A model generated the notes under the pieces. The model had not been told where the DNA came from, did not search any database, and saw only the letters and a list, made by a program, of their open reading frames with translations. Below are positions 62,843-64,000 of a DNA stretch of 64,000 nt, in pieces. The translations under genes were made by a program, and so were the position numbers. Position 1 is the stretch's first letter. Every line of letters begins with the position of its first letter. Location of the stretch: NCBI GenBank assembly GCA_032718475.1, contig JAUCBJ010001376.1, forward strand, positions 1-64,000, given 5' to 3'. The DNA is from Nemertoderma westbladi. Lineage: Eukaryota; Animalia; Xenacoelomorpha.

Positions 62843-64000
62843 TTAAACGGGTTTGTTATTGTCACCAATGTCAGAAGCAGGATCCAGAGTAGGGAACTTA
62901 TCACCTCTCGTGGTGTCACCATTGTCATTGCCTTCGAGAAGGCAAAGCCTCTGGATAGGGCATTGGTAGTGGCCCTTTGCCGTTCGTATCGTCACCGTTC
63001 TCGCAAGTCCATCTTTGCTAGGGGTTATCTCCATGACACGCGCCACAGGCCAGTGGACGCGGTCTTTAAGGTCTTCCTTGACGAGCACCATGTTGCCAAC
63101 TGCAACATTCCGGTACGTATCATTCCATTTCCTCCTTGTTCGAAGGGTTATAAGGTACTCCTGAGCCCAAATTCTCCAGCAATGCGCCATCAGCGCTTGG
63201 GCTTTCTTCCAGCTGGTGTGTTTCATGATGTCTTTGGGATCCGGGAACATGGCCTCCGGAAGGATGTTGGTCTTAGGTCTACCAGGGAGATGGTTGGGTG
63301 TGAGGGGTTCCAGATCAGTTGGGTCGTCATGGATGGGAACGATTGGCCAGTTGTTTAATGTAGCCGTAATATCGCAGAATGTGGTGCGCAACGTGTCATG
63401 AGTGACCCAGGTATCCCCTAATGCGATCTGCATGGATCGTTTCACTAAATCAATGAGTTTCTCCCATACCCCACTCGTATGGGGTGCTACTGGTGTTTGG
63501 AAGTGCCATTGGATGTGGTGTTCCTTCCAGACGTGTGATGTGGTTTCGTCAGTAAACATCCTTCGATAGCCTCTCTTAGTTCCCTTTCTCTTCCCACAAA
63601 GTTCGTTCCGTTGTCTGAGTACATATGCCGGCATGAACCATTGTTCGCCACGAACTGACACAGGGCGTTGATGAATGTGTGTTGCTTGAGGTTCACTACA
63701 AGGTCCAGGTAGATCACCCTCGACAGTAGGCAGGTAAAGATTGCTCCCCATCATTTAATGTTGGATCATCGCTCTATAACTGTAAATGGTCCGAAGCAGT
63801 CTACGCCAGTTACGTAGAATGGCGGTGAGTCGGACTGGAGTCGCGTGGCCGGCAGATCGGCCATTCTTTAGGTGAGTGGTGGCGCTAGATCTCTCCTGCA
63901 AGGGAAACACCGTTTCAATACTTTCCGAATTAGCGGCTGGATGTGGGTGATCCAGTATCGTTGCCGGATATTGGCCATGATCCAGTTTTGGCCTGCGTGA
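62843..64000 (-). pseudogene. Bel/Pao integrase of element D
   Basis: HHCC remnant, rve core and DUF5641-like tail, with frameshifts. Confidence 0.9.

Larger units (their letters stand above)
57560..64000 (-). mobile_element. Bel/Pao element D (integrase + exonuclease/Zn-knuckle ORF3 + repetitive 3' region); continues beyond the window
   Basis: Integrase GVDCFGP, YSDNGTNF, GVWEKLI, PLTPNH, WAQEYLITL, WPVARV, CLLEG; ORF3 61635-59037. Left boundary approximate. Confidence 0.88.

Overview
Eukaryotic (animal-like, AT-rich) genomic DNA that is almost entirely nested, mostly decayed transposable elements, probably inside introns of a plus-strand host gene represented by three calcium-binding EGF exons (39675-39797, a dead copy at 42548-42670, and 44314-44439). 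Contents: (i) an L1/Tx1-type LINE whose endonuclease carries a ~99-copy 48-bp tandem array; (ii) Proto2-like, CR1/L2-like (with 2A peptide and PHD finger) and RTE LINE pieces; (iii) several MITEs; (iv) six Bel/Pao-type LTR retroelements, labelled A-F here. Two results stand out. First, four divergent Bel/Pao elements carry an extra same-sense ORF downstream of integrase. It encodes a DEDDy-type 3'-5' exonuclease (visible in A, B, D) and a conserved triple zinc-knuckle module (visible in B, D, F). Second, the related LTRs of A, C and E share a U5 hairpin. A and C have no tRNA-type TGG primer-binding site; the bases just 3' of their LTR are instead complementary, with compensatory changes, to a motif inside their own LTR, which suggests Tf1-like self-priming. 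All family assignments come from motif recognition by eye; no searches were run.
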